Assembly (NCBI GenBank): GCA_047495785.1
Contig: JBLDXI010000054.1
Location: forward strand, 682,001 to 746,000
Reading direction: 5' to 3'
Length of the DNA stretch: 64,000 bases
Source: Lepidodermella squamata
Taxonomy: Eukaryota; Animalia; Gastrotricha
In this document: in pieces, positions 10,700 through 21,820 of the stretch
How positions within the stretch are numbered: position 1 is the stretch's first letter
Layout of the letters: each line of letters opens with the position of its first letter
Made by a program: the position numbers and the translations under genes
Notes under the pieces: generated by a model
The model's database searches: none
What the model saw: the letters and a program-made list of their open reading frames with translations, nothing else
Told to the model about the DNA's origin: nothing

Positions 10700-13087
10700 T
10701 TATTGACTTCGGGCTGTTGTAAAAGCTGCTGCTCGAAATGCCTGCCCTTTTTTCATGACTGGCGCAATCAATATCATCGATCCAATAACCGACATGGCAA
10801 ACGCTGAGACAGAAATCGAGATTTGCTGCTCTGCCGCATCGTGCGTGAGAATCAAAGCGATGAGAACAGCTCCGAAGAACAGCGACGCAGCATTGGCGAT
10901 CCCCGAACACATCCACACCAACTCCCCACCAATGTAAGCCTTGAATTGCAGCAATCGATGAGCGAACAACCCGCCGATCATTAGAATGAAAACTTGAAAA
11001 AATCCAATGGCGAGGGCGAAACCAGTCATGTTTGGAGTGAAACAGCTAACAGACCACGTTTCGACTATAGTATCACTTTTTTCGATGTAAATTGGATCAC
11101 TAACCATTTCCGATCGGCAAACCATGTCCTGACTGATAAACCAGACGGCTAGCATCACATAATTTCCAAAGATAATTAGAGAAGCCATTTTAAGAGAATT
11201 TTGATCGATTCCAACCCATGATTTAGCTGATAACGGAGCGCTCTTCTTACCAAGTGATTTAACGCCTGATTCAAATGAAGTAGCAATAGAAATTTGTTTC
11301 GAGTCAACAGAGCTATCCTGGCTGGCTGTGTTTATTCTAGCCGAAAAAGGGCGCCGTGACTTGGTCCGAGAAACTCTAGTCGATCCTTTTGAATGAGAGC
11401 GAATCGAACTGTACGTTACAACAACCCGAGATGTTAGGGAAGAGGCGATTACCGAGAACCCGGAGCATAACAGTAAGATAGACGCGATTTGCACTCCAGA
11501 ATCTTCGGAGGTTCTATTCAGAGCGAATAGGACACTGGAAGCATTTAAAACCACGCAGCCGGAAATTCCGAGTACTTTCACGTAGGAGCAGTTCAACTTC
11601 TCACGTTTCATGAGCATCACGATGATGGCTGCAACTTGAGCCGAGGTGACTAAGCAACTCAATACGAGGATACACACGAAAAACTGAAAGGGGAGACTTC
11701 TGTTTTGCTTCACGAGATTCGGTTCATCTGCCGGGGGTTTCCCAGCCAGCCAAAAAATTGGCCTCAAATTTTGGAGACCGTAGCCCTCAAGAGCAAATTC
11801 GTCCGATGAGTTGTTAGGGATTTGCTTTACATATACGAAATTTTGGATTCCAACATCTTGGCTCAACTGAGCTACAGCCATGATGTTGCCCTGGGGATGA
11901 CCTTTCGAGGAATACGACAACATCCCAATTCGAACCCCCACAACTCTTGTAGCGAGAACACTTTCATTCGCCACTCGAGCTACTAAACCAGGCTTGGATT
12001 TATAGTCGGCTAATGTGAGGTTGAAATTAGACTTCAGCCTCATCTCAGTGTGATGAATGGTGATAAGGCCTCGCATTACGGTATCGTAAATGCTGTAGGC
12101 AATCTGGAAGGGGTCCATTGAGGTTGCGTTCATCTCCCTCAGAACCGTTCTTGTCAAATCATCCGCTGTGATTCCAAGGTCAGAAACAATGTCAGTCACA
12201 TCAGGCTTATTGAGCGCCCCGACTAAAATTGTCTGCCGCCATTGAGTATTCAATTGGTGGGTGGTACATCCTTGGGCTTGAGATGATGAATAAGCAGCTA
12301 AAATAACGACGAAAACGTATCGAGAGCCAGTTATTCCTTGCTTGTAAGCTTCACATAGGAATTTGACTACAAATGTAGCAGATCCTGTTGATATGACAAC
12401 GATTCGCAAGCCACTCTTTTTGAATGAGGAAACTGTTTCAGGGTCGATATCTGTGGCAATGTCGTACCAAGGAACTATCGACCCAGCCGCAACCGCCTTC
12501 TCGTGCAAGAAATTAGCCATGCCGATATCCGCTACGTTGTTTGGATTCGTGATAATCCCGAATTTGTCCCATTTTCCTACATCAATCAGTACACGGAGAA
12601 CGGTCACTGCTATAGTTCTGCCTGTTACCGATGATAGATACAAATTCGGGTAAGGCCGATCGGCGAAGATGGGCGCAGAGCAGAATCCAGCGAGACTGAT
12701 CATATTGACGTGACCTAGGACAGGTCCAACCGCCTTGCAGCCGGTTGAGAGTTCCGGACCAATGACCAGCGGAGATTGTGACTTGAGATCATTGCTTCCA
12801 TCAGAAGCTCGGCTGAATTCAATCAATTTCGAAGCTGCGTAATTGCCGAGAAATTCGTCAGCGAATTTGAGTTCGACGTGATAATCTTGCAGTAAATCAG
12901 GCCTAGCGTTGATTTGGTTTGCAGCGAGTTGAGAGGCGAATCGAATGACGGCGGCTTGTCTCGGATCATTTGCCTCAATAGGCATGATTCTTAGGACTTC
13001 TAATGTCCTTGGCTTTCGAAACTGCGCGTAACAAATGCAAGAGAGCATTATTACAGCGACCAACAGTGAAGCACTAATGACATGCAT
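10700..13087 (-). CDS. Intronless GABA-B-like class C GPCR, copy 1 (Venus flytrap + 7TM)
   Basis: Signal peptide; INARPDLLQDYHVEL, IGPELSTGC and FLCEAYKQGITGSRYVF (compare GABA-B FCEVYK..LFGKKYVW); no Cys-rich domain; seven hydrophobic helices. First ATG at 13087. Confidence 0.85.
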   Translation of the reverse strand: MHVISASLLVAVIMLSCICYAQFRKPRTLEVLRIMPIEANDPRQAAVIRFASQLAANQINARPDLLQDYHVELKFADEFLGNYAASKLIEFSRASDGSNDLKSQSPLVIGPELSTGCKAVGPVLGHVNMISLAGFCSAPIFADRPYPNLYLSSVTGRTIAVTVLRVLIDVGKWDKFGIITNPNNVADIGMANFLHEKAVAAGSIVPWYDIATDIDPETVSSFKKSGLRIVVISTGSATFVVKFLCEAYKQGITGSRYVFVVILAAYSSSQAQGCTTHQLNTQWRQTILVGALNKPDVTDIVSDLGITADDLTRTVLREMNATSMDPFQIAYSIYDTVMRGLITIHHTEMRLKSNFNLTLADYKSKPGLVARVANESVLATRVVGVRIGMLSYSSKGHPQGNIMAVAQLSQDVGIQNFVYVKQIPNNSSDEFALEGYGLQNLRPIFWLAGKPPADEPNLVKQNRSLPFQFFVCILVLSCLVTSAQVAAIIVMLMKREKLNCSYVKVLGISGCVVLNASSVLFALNRTSEDSGVQIASILLLCSGFSVIASSLTSRVVVTYSSIRSHSKGSTRVSRTKSRRPFSARINTASQDSSVDSKQISIATSFESGVKSLGKKSAPLSAKSWVGIDQNSLKMASLIIFGNYVMLAVWFISQDMVCRSEMVSDPIYIEKSDTIVETWSVSCFTPNMTGFALAIGFFQVFILMIGGLFAHRLLQFKAYIGGELVWMCSGIANAASLFFGAVLIALILTHDAAEQQISISVSAFAMSVIGSMILIAPVMKKGQAFRAAAFTTARSQ

Positions 13088-14157
13088 TATTGATATCAAA
13101 CCAAAAAGCTCAAGAGAAAATGGCGATGATTGTATGTATCGATATCTCTATCGAGTGTTTACTCGAGTTTTCCGCTCGGGTTCATCTGTCAGCGTAATAT
13201 GAGTACTTGTGCAAAATGTCCTGTATCCTGAAAGTTCTCCTGACAACCAGCGTAGCCATGTTAAACCGTTTACCAGGTTAAGTAACGCCAATTGTTTACT
13301 AACGATATGAGGGTAATTTGAGAAATTAAGTGGTGCGTGGAATAGCGTTTCGCAAAAGTATGAACCGCATTTAGTCGCCAGTCCACATTCATGGAATTCA
13401 CCATCCAGCCATCACTGCCTCGGAAGCTGGCAGTGGGAGAGGATTCGTGAGCGTGTTCATTCTCAAATTCGTGCACATCGTGTTTACTTCGTGCGATCAC
13501 GTCTCTTTCCGAGAAAACTGGCCTATATATCATCAGACAACAATTATCAAGTGACTCGGCTAGTGTAATGTTTCATAAGAGAAACTCCGATTAGAGCGCA
13601 ACATGGAACGATGTGGACCAGGTTGCGAAGAAGTAATGCTTACATTAATCTATTAATCTATGGTTAGATCTTGCTAGGCTGGGAAGTAGGCTTAGTAGGA
13701 AGGAGTATTAAATTGGGCTGCAACTGCTGGCGATTTCCGCGAGAATACGCGAGAATGTTCTTATTCGTAAATCTTTAAAAGCATCAGGAGCAGCGATGTT
13801 CGATGTACAGGGCTGCTGAGGTGTTGCGACACCTCAGCCCTTTGAATCCAGCGGAATCCCAGCTCCTTTAATCTCTAACCAGAGTGAGGCTGCACAAACC
13901 ACAGAAGGACCCTTTGGTATCTACGGCTGGGTGCTAGAAAACATCTCAGATCTCAGTTCCCGACTTCGTACACTGAGCAGCATGCTTTGATAAGGAAGCG
14001 CATGGTCCAAAAAGGCTGAGCACGGTTGTTTTTCTCAGCTTTATTTTTAGTTTGATCTCTTTTCAAACCAATTAAATATTATTCTTTCTAACGTGGGATA
14101 AGGTGAGAGGAAAGTAGAAAAATCCAGAAAATATGATATCTGCGGAATTTGGCAAGT

Positions 14158-16545
14158 TTACGATTCTTCGGTTGCGGAAAAAGCGCGCATCAACGACTTG
14201 TAGGACAGGCATAATGACGATGTGAGTGATAGCAAAAGAGCCATAAAAGAAACCGCGATATGCTGGCGAACTTGATCCGACAGGGCGACTATTATCAAAA
14301 CTGAACAGAGCAGAAGGACCAATGCGTTGAGGACCCCACACATAATACCACCGATTTCAGAGCAGACATAAGTTTTATTAGCCCGAAAGCGTTGTCTGAT
14401 TCGGTAACTCTGATGCAAGCCGACTAACAGCATCAGGGTGTGAAAAATCAGAAAAAATGCGATCCAAGCTATGTTATTTTCTGAGCTGCAGCGGATTACG
14501 GAAATCTCGTAGGAGGTATCCGTAATTTCATCGTAATCATCTCCTCCTGTAGAGATAAATTGGTGGCAGTAGAAGTTGTCTGAAGTCAGCCAAGCCAAGA
14601 CTATGACCATGTTTATTGCCACAAAAAATGCACTTCCAAGAATTACCCCATTGTCGACAGCTGACTCGATTTCTTGCTTCGGGAGATTCTTTACGGGTTG
14701 TGGCGTTAAGCATCCACGATCAACTGTTTTTTCGACTTTCAAGTGCAAATGTGGATGGGCTAAACTGAAATTCGAACGTGAAGGGGCTCCCGATTTACGC
14801 TTAGCTAAAGGCCTATGGAAGTTGGCTGGTTTTGAAATGCTTCCAGCTTTCTCGCGATTTTTATACGCAATGAAAACTGCTCGAAAGGCTAGGATTCCGT
14901 TAACAACTGATAGCGCGAAAATCAGCAGGGCGACCCTCAATATGCCGATCAAGTAAGGATTTTCGGCTATCTTCAGAGAGTGTACTGCTGCAGATCCGTT
15001 GAGGCACAGGCAGCCAAAGTAAGCAATGATTTTAAGACTTGAAGACAACGACTTTAGGCTCGTGATTGTCGCAAAACCCAGAAATATTTGAAACGACGAG
15101 ATCAAGCTTGAAATTACGCTAACAGATGTGCGAACATTATCACTGACTTCAGAGGCAAGTTTTTCAATTTTAGCCGAGTCTCTTGGTGGTCTGCCGTCAG
15201 ACCAACCCGGCCATTGAAAGACGCCATTCGAAATGACGGAATAACGGCCGTAGTAGAGGCTCGAGCGCTTGTTGTTCTCTTTTTCTATGGTATAGTAGGG
15301 GTTAACGTAACCAGTATTGTTCCAGTAGGTGAATAAGATTCTATCGTTTTCCTTCAAACCACGTTTGCTGAAGTACTGCTGACCCCTCAAACCGGATATG
15401 TTCACATTCATGACAGATTCATTTACGACATGCATGACCAATGTTGGGTTCGTGTTCATGTCCAATAGGGACATGTTGTACCGAGTCTTCAAACGTAAAT
15501 CCGCATCATGAAGTGCGAACACTGACATCAAAGCTGTATCGTGGCAGACGTATTTCAAACTAGTAGCTGTTTGTTCTTTGGGTCTTAGCAGTCTTTCATA
15601 CAGCATTTGATCGAACTGATAAGTGTCGTAGCCTAGTTCAGACTTGCGGCTCTCGTCCGGAACAGTAATCACAGAGCCAGCGAAGATAAATCGCTTGAAT
15701 TGATCTGTAATATTGTCTCTCGTGCATCTAGGGTCTTCCAGAATAAATTTGCGTGGGTCAGCAGCAAGGAAGTTGTTGAGAATGAACAAGTACCGTGGGC
15801 CACTTATACCAGTCAGGAAACATTTGCAGATAAATTTCCACAGAAATGCCGCCTCGGTGATGTAAGGGACAATGATTCGAACGTCGTGATACTTGATCGC
15901 ATCGATCACGTCATCTTCCAAATCGATTCCAATAATGAAGAAAGGTACAGAAATGTTGGCTTTCAGTGCGAACTCGTTGACATAGGTAGCAGCTATGTAG
16001 TCGCTGGGGCTTGAGGGGATCGAGACTATTCCGATCTTCGACCATTTGCCGATATCCTTGAGAAAGTGGATAATTCCCATAGCCACAAGTTCTCCAGTCG
16101 GTTGCGTCAAGTACAAGTTCGGATATGACACGTGGTCAGCCAGAAATGGAGCACCGCATGCAATACTAAGCGCTACCATGTCATAGTACTTTAACACCTT
16201 TCCTAGGGCTTTGCATCCAATCGAATAGAAAGGTCCGATATAGATGGGTGATCGAATGTAGATGGGATAATCAGATCTGCTCTCCCGGTCCCTTCCGTAT
16301 TTCACGAGTTCGCGAACTGGGGAAGGACCAAGTGTGAAATTCGCTTCATCTCTGTAATCAGAAACGATGTTGTAGTCGGGTAGAATGTCAGTTCTGTTAT
16401 TGACAGAGTCAATAACGATTTGAATGGAGGGCCGGCAGGGCAGGTTTAATTCGGGATAAACCTGCAGTAACGATAAGTTGTTTCTTTTGAGCGCTGTACA
16501 TAATCGGATGCCTAATACGAGTGTCAGAATTATAATATGAGACAT
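14158..16545 (-). CDS. Intronless GABA-B-like class C GPCR, copy 2 (most divergent)
   Basis: VNNRTDILPDYNI, IGPFYSIGC, YPNLYL, FICKCFLTGISGPRYLF, WPGWSDGRPPRD, then 7TM. First ATG at 16545. Confidence 0.85.
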   Translation of the reverse strand: MSHIIILTLVLGIRLCTALKRNNLSLLQVYPELNLPCRPSIQIVIDSVNNRTDILPDYNIVSDYRDEANFTLGPSPVRELVKYGRDRESRSDYPIYIRSPIYIGPFYSIGCKALGKVLKYYDMVALSIACGAPFLADHVSYPNLYLTQPTGELVAMGIIHFLKDIGKWSKIGIVSIPSSPSDYIAATYVNEFALKANISVPFFIIGIDLEDDVIDAIKYHDVRIIVPYITEAAFLWKFICKCFLTGISGPRYLFILNNFLAADPRKFILEDPRCTRDNITDQFKRFIFAGSVITVPDESRKSELGYDTYQFDQMLYERLLRPKEQTATSLKYVCHDTALMSVFALHDADLRLKTRYNMSLLDMNTNPTLVMHVVNESVMNVNISGLRGQQYFSKRGLKENDRILFTYWNNTGYVNPYYTIEKENNKRSSLYYGRYSVISNGVFQWPGWSDGRPPRDSAKIEKLASEVSDNVRTSVSVISSLISSFQIFLGFATITSLKSLSSSLKIIAYFGCLCLNGSAAVHSLKIAENPYLIGILRVALLIFALSVVNGILAFRAVFIAYKNREKAGSISKPANFHRPLAKRKSGAPSRSNFSLAHPHLHLKVEKTVDRGCLTPQPVKNLPKQEIESAVDNGVILGSAFFVAINMVIVLAWLTSDNFYCHQFISTGGDDYDEITDTSYEISVIRCSSENNIAWIAFFLIFHTLMLLVGLHQSYRIRQRFRANKTYVCSEIGGIMCGVLNALVLLLCSVLIIVALSDQVRQHIAVSFMALLLSLTSSLCLSYKSLMRAFSATEES

Positions 16546-17551
16546 TATTCTTGAGAATAGTATCTTAAGAGGCAAGAGTTGTATTTTAATTCTACTGCAG
16601 ATTTGAACGATATGGGTATCACATAATATCTAATGAAGAAGCTAGTCGGTTGAAGCTAGTCCTAATTAGTAGAAGTTTCTCGCGGGTATTCACGTAGTTC
16701 CTACGCGGATTTCGTTTTTCGGAACTAGATGATCGCCGAATTTTCGCGAGATATCTCGCTAATTATCATTATCTATGAATATGGTGCAATATAGACCTGA
16801 CATCAAGCTTTTAGAGTATTCAGTCACTGTCAAAAAAGACTTTCTCGAATGTCACCATACTTGTTATCGCGCTTACCAGCTTCGTCGATGCTTAAATTAT
16901 TATGAAATACAACATGGGATCGAATGCGCGAACGCTGCGGCCGGTGCTGGTCAAAGCGGCTGTGTCGCTCCCACGCTTCACGATAGCGGTGCTGGGTGTT
17001 GGGGTGCTGGGAGAGAACTTCGACCAGGCGGACTTGATCGGCCTGCTTCGCATCGCGGAGACGGGTCTCTCAAGGTCCCTGGGACGACGCGTCTGCCGAG
17101 GGCTCTCTCTCCAGCTCTCCATAAGAGGGCGATTTCGCGTTGAGATCGCCGCTGAAGAAACTCCGGATCAGACGGAATAAGCAGCAACAGCTAACTCTGG
17201 ATAGCATTTTGTTCAAGTTGATCGCACCGCACGTTTCGTTATCCCAGCACACAAACGCGAACGGTAACAATAAGGGGTTCCCCGGCATTAACGTTAGCAA
17301 GATTGATTCGCAGGAATAAATAACTTCAAAGACAAAATATTGGGACAACAAAAGAACTGTTAATTTTTAATGTGAACAACGCTTTGAACTTTCCTAGTAA
17401 TACGAATTCGCGATAACATGAAGAAAGAAATTTAATAACTATTTTTATGAAGAACTTTGTTTGTTAGCTTACACTTTTAGCCGAGTAATCACTTCGCAAC
17501 AAAACAATAATTGAAGGTTACTGAAGGTGCCTTTTCAAATCTGTAGAATTA

Positions 17552-19945
17552 TCAATTGCGAGCTACTGCGAGAACTGTAGATGCTGATTTTTGTAATGTT
17601 TTCTCCTTTCTCAGGGCTGGTATGATCAAAATCAATGATCCGATAACCGACATGATAATTGCCGAGACAGAAATTGAGATTTGCTGATCGGGCGTATCAT
17701 GTGTGAGAATCAAAGCGATGAGAACAGCTCCGAAAAATAGCGAAGCCGCATTAGTGATACCGGAAAACATCCACACCAACTCTCCTCCAATTAAGGCCTT
17801 GAATTGAAGCAACCGATGAGCGAATAATCCACCGACCATAAGTATTAAAACTTGAAAAAATCCAATGGCTAGGGCAAAACCAGTCATGTTAGATGTGAAA
17901 CAGCTAACAGACCACGTTTCGACTATAGTATCACTTTTTTCGAAGTAAATTGGATCATGGATCATTTCGGATTGGCAAATCATATCCTGACTGCTAAACC
18001 AGGTTGTTATCAACACACAATTCGCGATGATGATTAGAAATGCCATTGCGAGAGAGTTTAGATCAATTCTATTCCATGCTTTAGCTGATAAAACGTTGCT
18101 ATTCTTACCAAGGGATTTAACTCCTGATTCTAATGATGTAGCAAGAGAGGTTTGGCTCGATTCAATGGAACTGTCCTTATCAGCTATTTTCATCCTAGAG
18201 GGATAAGGTCGGCGTAGCTTGCTTTGGGAACCCTTATTCGATGCTTTAGAACGCAATCGAAAGGCGCTGAATGTCATGAAAACTCGAGAAGTCTTGGAGG
18301 AGACGATGGCCGAATAACCTAAGCATAGCAATACTATCGATGTAATTTGCAACCTCGAATCAGCAGTGGTTCGATTGAGCGCGAACAGAACGCTAGCAGA
18401 ATTCAGGATAATACAACCGGAAACTCCGAGAACTTTCACGTAGGAGCAATTCAGTTTCCCTCGTTTGATAATGATCAAAACGATACCTGTAATTTGAGCC
18501 AATGCGACTAAGCAATTCAATACAAGGAGCGACACAAAAAACGGAAAGGGGATATTCCTGCTTTGCTTCACGAGACGTGGTTCGTCTGCCGGCGACTTCC
18601 CAGACAGCCAAGCAACCGGTTTCAACACGCTGAGACTATAGGTCTCGATAGCAAACTCGTCCGTGTAGTTACCGGGGCTTTGCTTCACATATGCGATATT
18701 TTGCATTTCGTTATTTTGGCTCAGCTGAGCTACAGCCATGATGTTACCCTGAAGTTGCCCTTTCGGGGAATAGGACAGCATTCCAACTCGAACTCCGACA
18801 ACTCTTGAAGCGAGAAGACTCTCATTCGCCACACGAGCTACCAACTCAGGCTTAGTGTTGTAGTCGGCTAGTGTTAGGTTGAAGTCAGACCTCAATCTAT
18901 TCTCGGTATGGTGAAGCGTGATGAGGCCTCGCATCACCGTGTCATACGCGTTGTAGGACACCAGGTAAGGGTCAATCGATGTTGCATTCATCGCCTGAAG
19001 AACAGCCTTCTTCAAATCGTCAGCGGTCAATCCGAAATCAGAACGAATATCAGTCACATCAGGATTATTGAGCGTCCCTACGAAAATGGTCTGCCGCCAT
19101 TGAGTGTTCAATTGATTGTCAGTACAACCTTGGACTTGTGTTGGCGAATAAGAAGCCAGCACACCGATAAAAAGATAGCGGGGTCCGGTTATTCCTTGCT
19201 GGTAAGCTTCGCATAGGAATTTGGCTATAAATGAAACAGTTGCTGTTGAGATGAAAACAATTCGCAAGCCACTTGTTTTGAATGAGGACACTGTTTCAGA
19301 GTCGATATCTGTGACCATGTCGTACCAAGGAACTATTGACCCAGCCTCAATAGCCCTCTCGTGTAAGAAATTAGCCAGACCGAGATCAGCTACGCTAGTT
19401 GGACTTGTGATTATTCCGAATTTTCTCCATTTACCGACATCCAGCATGAACCGAAGACTGGATACTGCTAGTGTATTGCCTGTTCCTAATGACAGATACA
19501 TATTCGGGTATGGGCGATTGGCGAGGATTGGCGCTGAGCAGAAGCCAACAAGACTTATCGTGCTGGTGTGATTAAGAACCGGTCCAATAGACTTGCATCC
19601 GTTTGATTGTTCCGGGCCTATAATTAGTGGAGATTGACTTTTGAAATCGTCGTTTCGATCAGCATTTCGGCGGAATTCAATAAGCCTTGAAACTCCGCTA
19701 TTTCCAAGAAATCCATCAGCGAATTTGAGTTCGATGTGATAGTCGGGAAGTAAATCGCGCCTTGCGTTGATTTGGTCGGCCGCTAGTTGAGACACATATC
19801 TAATGGCCGCGGCTTTCATAGGATCAAAACCCACCACAGGCATGATTCTCAGGACTTCCAAAGTCCTTGGCTTACGTAACTGCCCGTTACAGTAGCTTGG
19901 CAGCATGATTGTAGTGACGAATAATGCAGCTTCAATGGCGTGCAT
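17552..19945 (-). CDS. Intronless GABA-B-like class C GPCR, copy 3 (close paralogue of copy 1)
   Basis: 797-aa ORF colinear with the 10700-13087 protein throughout. Confidence 0.85.
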   Translation of the reverse strand: MHAIEAALFVTTIMLPSYCNGQLRKPRTLEVLRIMPVVGFDPMKAAAIRYVSQLAADQINARRDLLPDYHIELKFADGFLGNSGVSRLIEFRRNADRNDDFKSQSPLIIGPEQSNGCKSIGPVLNHTSTISLVGFCSAPILANRPYPNMYLSLGTGNTLAVSSLRFMLDVGKWRKFGIITSPTSVADLGLANFLHERAIEAGSIVPWYDMVTDIDSETVSSFKTSGLRIVFISTATVSFIAKFLCEAYQQGITGPRYLFIGVLASYSPTQVQGCTDNQLNTQWRQTIFVGTLNNPDVTDIRSDFGLTADDLKKAVLQAMNATSIDPYLVSYNAYDTVMRGLITLHHTENRLRSDFNLTLADYNTKPELVARVANESLLASRVVGVRVGMLSYSPKGQLQGNIMAVAQLSQNNEMQNIAYVKQSPGNYTDEFAIETYSLSVLKPVAWLSGKSPADEPRLVKQSRNIPFPFFVSLLVLNCLVALAQITGIVLIIIKRGKLNCSYVKVLGVSGCIILNSASVLFALNRTTADSRLQITSIVLLCLGYSAIVSSKTSRVFMTFSAFRLRSKASNKGSQSKLRRPYPSRMKIADKDSSIESSQTSLATSLESGVKSLGKNSNVLSAKAWNRIDLNSLAMAFLIIIANCVLITTWFSSQDMICQSEMIHDPIYFEKSDTIVETWSVSCFTSNMTGFALAIGFFQVLILMVGGLFAHRLLQFKALIGGELVWMFSGITNAASLFFGAVLIALILTHDTPDQQISISVSAIIMSVIGSLILIIPALRKEKTLQKSASTVLAVARN

Positions 19946-20992
19946 TTTTGATTACAGTAAGTATGAGGATATTCTAACCGTAAAAGCTTTGGAGAGAGTG
20001 ACGATGATTGTCAATCTGGGGTAATCTGAGCATCTCGGCTTTTCGCTCGGTCTGTTAGATCATCTTTTCAATATTTCCTGTTTCCTGCATCTATCCACAT
20101 GAAGGCGCTGTGGACAACAGCCCGGACTCATCAATTCACTTCCCAGCCTTCCCAGGTTATGCTAAATCGATTGACTTCGGGTAATTGGAGAAATTAAGTG
20201 GGGCGTGGAAGAAGGTGTCACGGAAGCACGAGGCAATCATAAATCACTGTTCCAAATTGTGGACATCAAGCCTTTCAACACCGACACTGATGCTGATCGC
20301 GGAGTTTTGATGATCACGCTCGCCTCGAAAGTGTCTACTTAAGCGCGTGATCACGTCTGTTTTCGAGAAAAATACCCCACTAAACTGTACTAGAGAAAGA
20401 TATCCCGGCTTCAAGATCGTAGGGTAAGTGTAAGTGTTATTTACCGCTGTTACCTGGTTACATAAGGATATGGGAGATTTCACGCATGGCTCAAGTGAAG
20501 TGTTAGCTAAACTCGTTTCGCTCGCTACTGTACTAACTACCATAGGGGGATGTGGAATATGAAATAGGAAACAACATGAGAGCGAAATTTTGTGAAGATA
20601 TCATTGATTTGCGGATCCGCGCTCGGGCCACATGCCCTTGTCCGAGGTTGGAATCAAGCCTACATCATATCCTACAACAAACTGTATCAACCCAATAACT
20701 GTATCAAGTTCCGGCCAAAGCCCGGCGGTGCGAGTGAACTCATGCGCCAACTCACGAGAAATGAGCGGAATACCATGGGTCGCAAATGTTCAGCGGAATC
20801 ATGAAATTTCGGTTGGAGAGTTTCGCGCAGGTCGATTTAAAATTCATAAAATCCTTATAAAATAGCAAATTTTCTTTCAGGTTCCATCGACTAAACGGAG
20901 AGAACCATCTCTGATTTATGAATTTGATCAAAGAAAAACGACTTCTATTTTTACCTACCCACCGACATTTTTACCGTTTTCGTGATTCAGCT

Positions 20993-21429
20993 AAGGGGGC
21001 TTCTCAATACCTGACCCTCGGCGACCCCAAAATTTACATTCTCACCAGGCTGCGACCCCTACCGATTTTTTTTAATTTTTATGGTTTTTTGGTATAGCAA
21101 AAGATGCCTCAAATTACGAAATTCTACGACAAAATGGTCAAATATTGCACAATTTCGATCCATTTTTCTAAAAATTTCCTGAAACTTCTACATATATGAG
21201 GTTCCAAGCCGCATTTTCGACCAGTTTTAAGTCAAATATTGTGGGTGGCGAGCGAAGCGAGCTTTAGCTGACGCTATTTGTCACACATTTTCTGGAAGAG
21301 TGACCATAAAATGGATCAAATCTTTTAATTTTTTTGTTTTATCAAAATGATCATTCGACCCCCGCGACCCTTGGACCGATCCGCGACCCCCGCGGGGGTC
21401 GCTCGCGACCCACCGTTTGAGAAGCGCTA
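20993..21429. mobile_element. Degenerate hAT-like MITE
   Basis: Right end GTTTGAGAAGCGCTA; left end ..GGGCTTCTCAA. Repeated subterminal CGACCC/GGGTCG motifs. Internal CGAGCGAAGCGAGCTTTAGCTGA resembles (inverted) sequence in the 47250-47898 element. Confidence 0.5.
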
Positions 21430-21820
21430 AGCACCTGCGACCCACGCCGTTCTGCTATTCATCGTGAGTGGGCAGTGTATCTTAATTTAGATGTGCCGCT
21501 TTCCACACTCTAGACTCTAGACAGAGCAAATAATAAATAGATAAAAAAGCAGAACATGTTTACCGTGATTCAAACTGTTATGCTGGTTTTATCTATGTAT
21601 TACTTGCTCTGCCCATATTCTAGAGCACCCGAGACATAATTTTTAGGTCAGTTCGCCATTTTAATTAGAACTAGGTTGTCTTGCTGGCAATCGCAGTCAT
21701 AAATGTTATCACATCTTGCGTTCTCCTTTTTCCTTTATCGCTGGTGCGCAGGCTATAAAATGGGCGACGTGCGGAGGAGAGCTCCTTCACCTTCTTCCTC
21801 CAAATCAAAATCGTTATAAA

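Noticed and set aside
12363-12653. Similar antisense ORFs recurring opposite several GPCR genes (also 19221-19571, 31145-31354, 32258-32632, 34817-35068)
   Set aside because: Their similarity is explained by paralogy of the sense-strand genes.
16775-17351. GC-rich patch with several overlapping short ORFs between GPCR copies 2 and 3
   Set aside because: No recognisable motif or consistent splice model in any frame; may be a gene or transposon remnant but cannot be supported.
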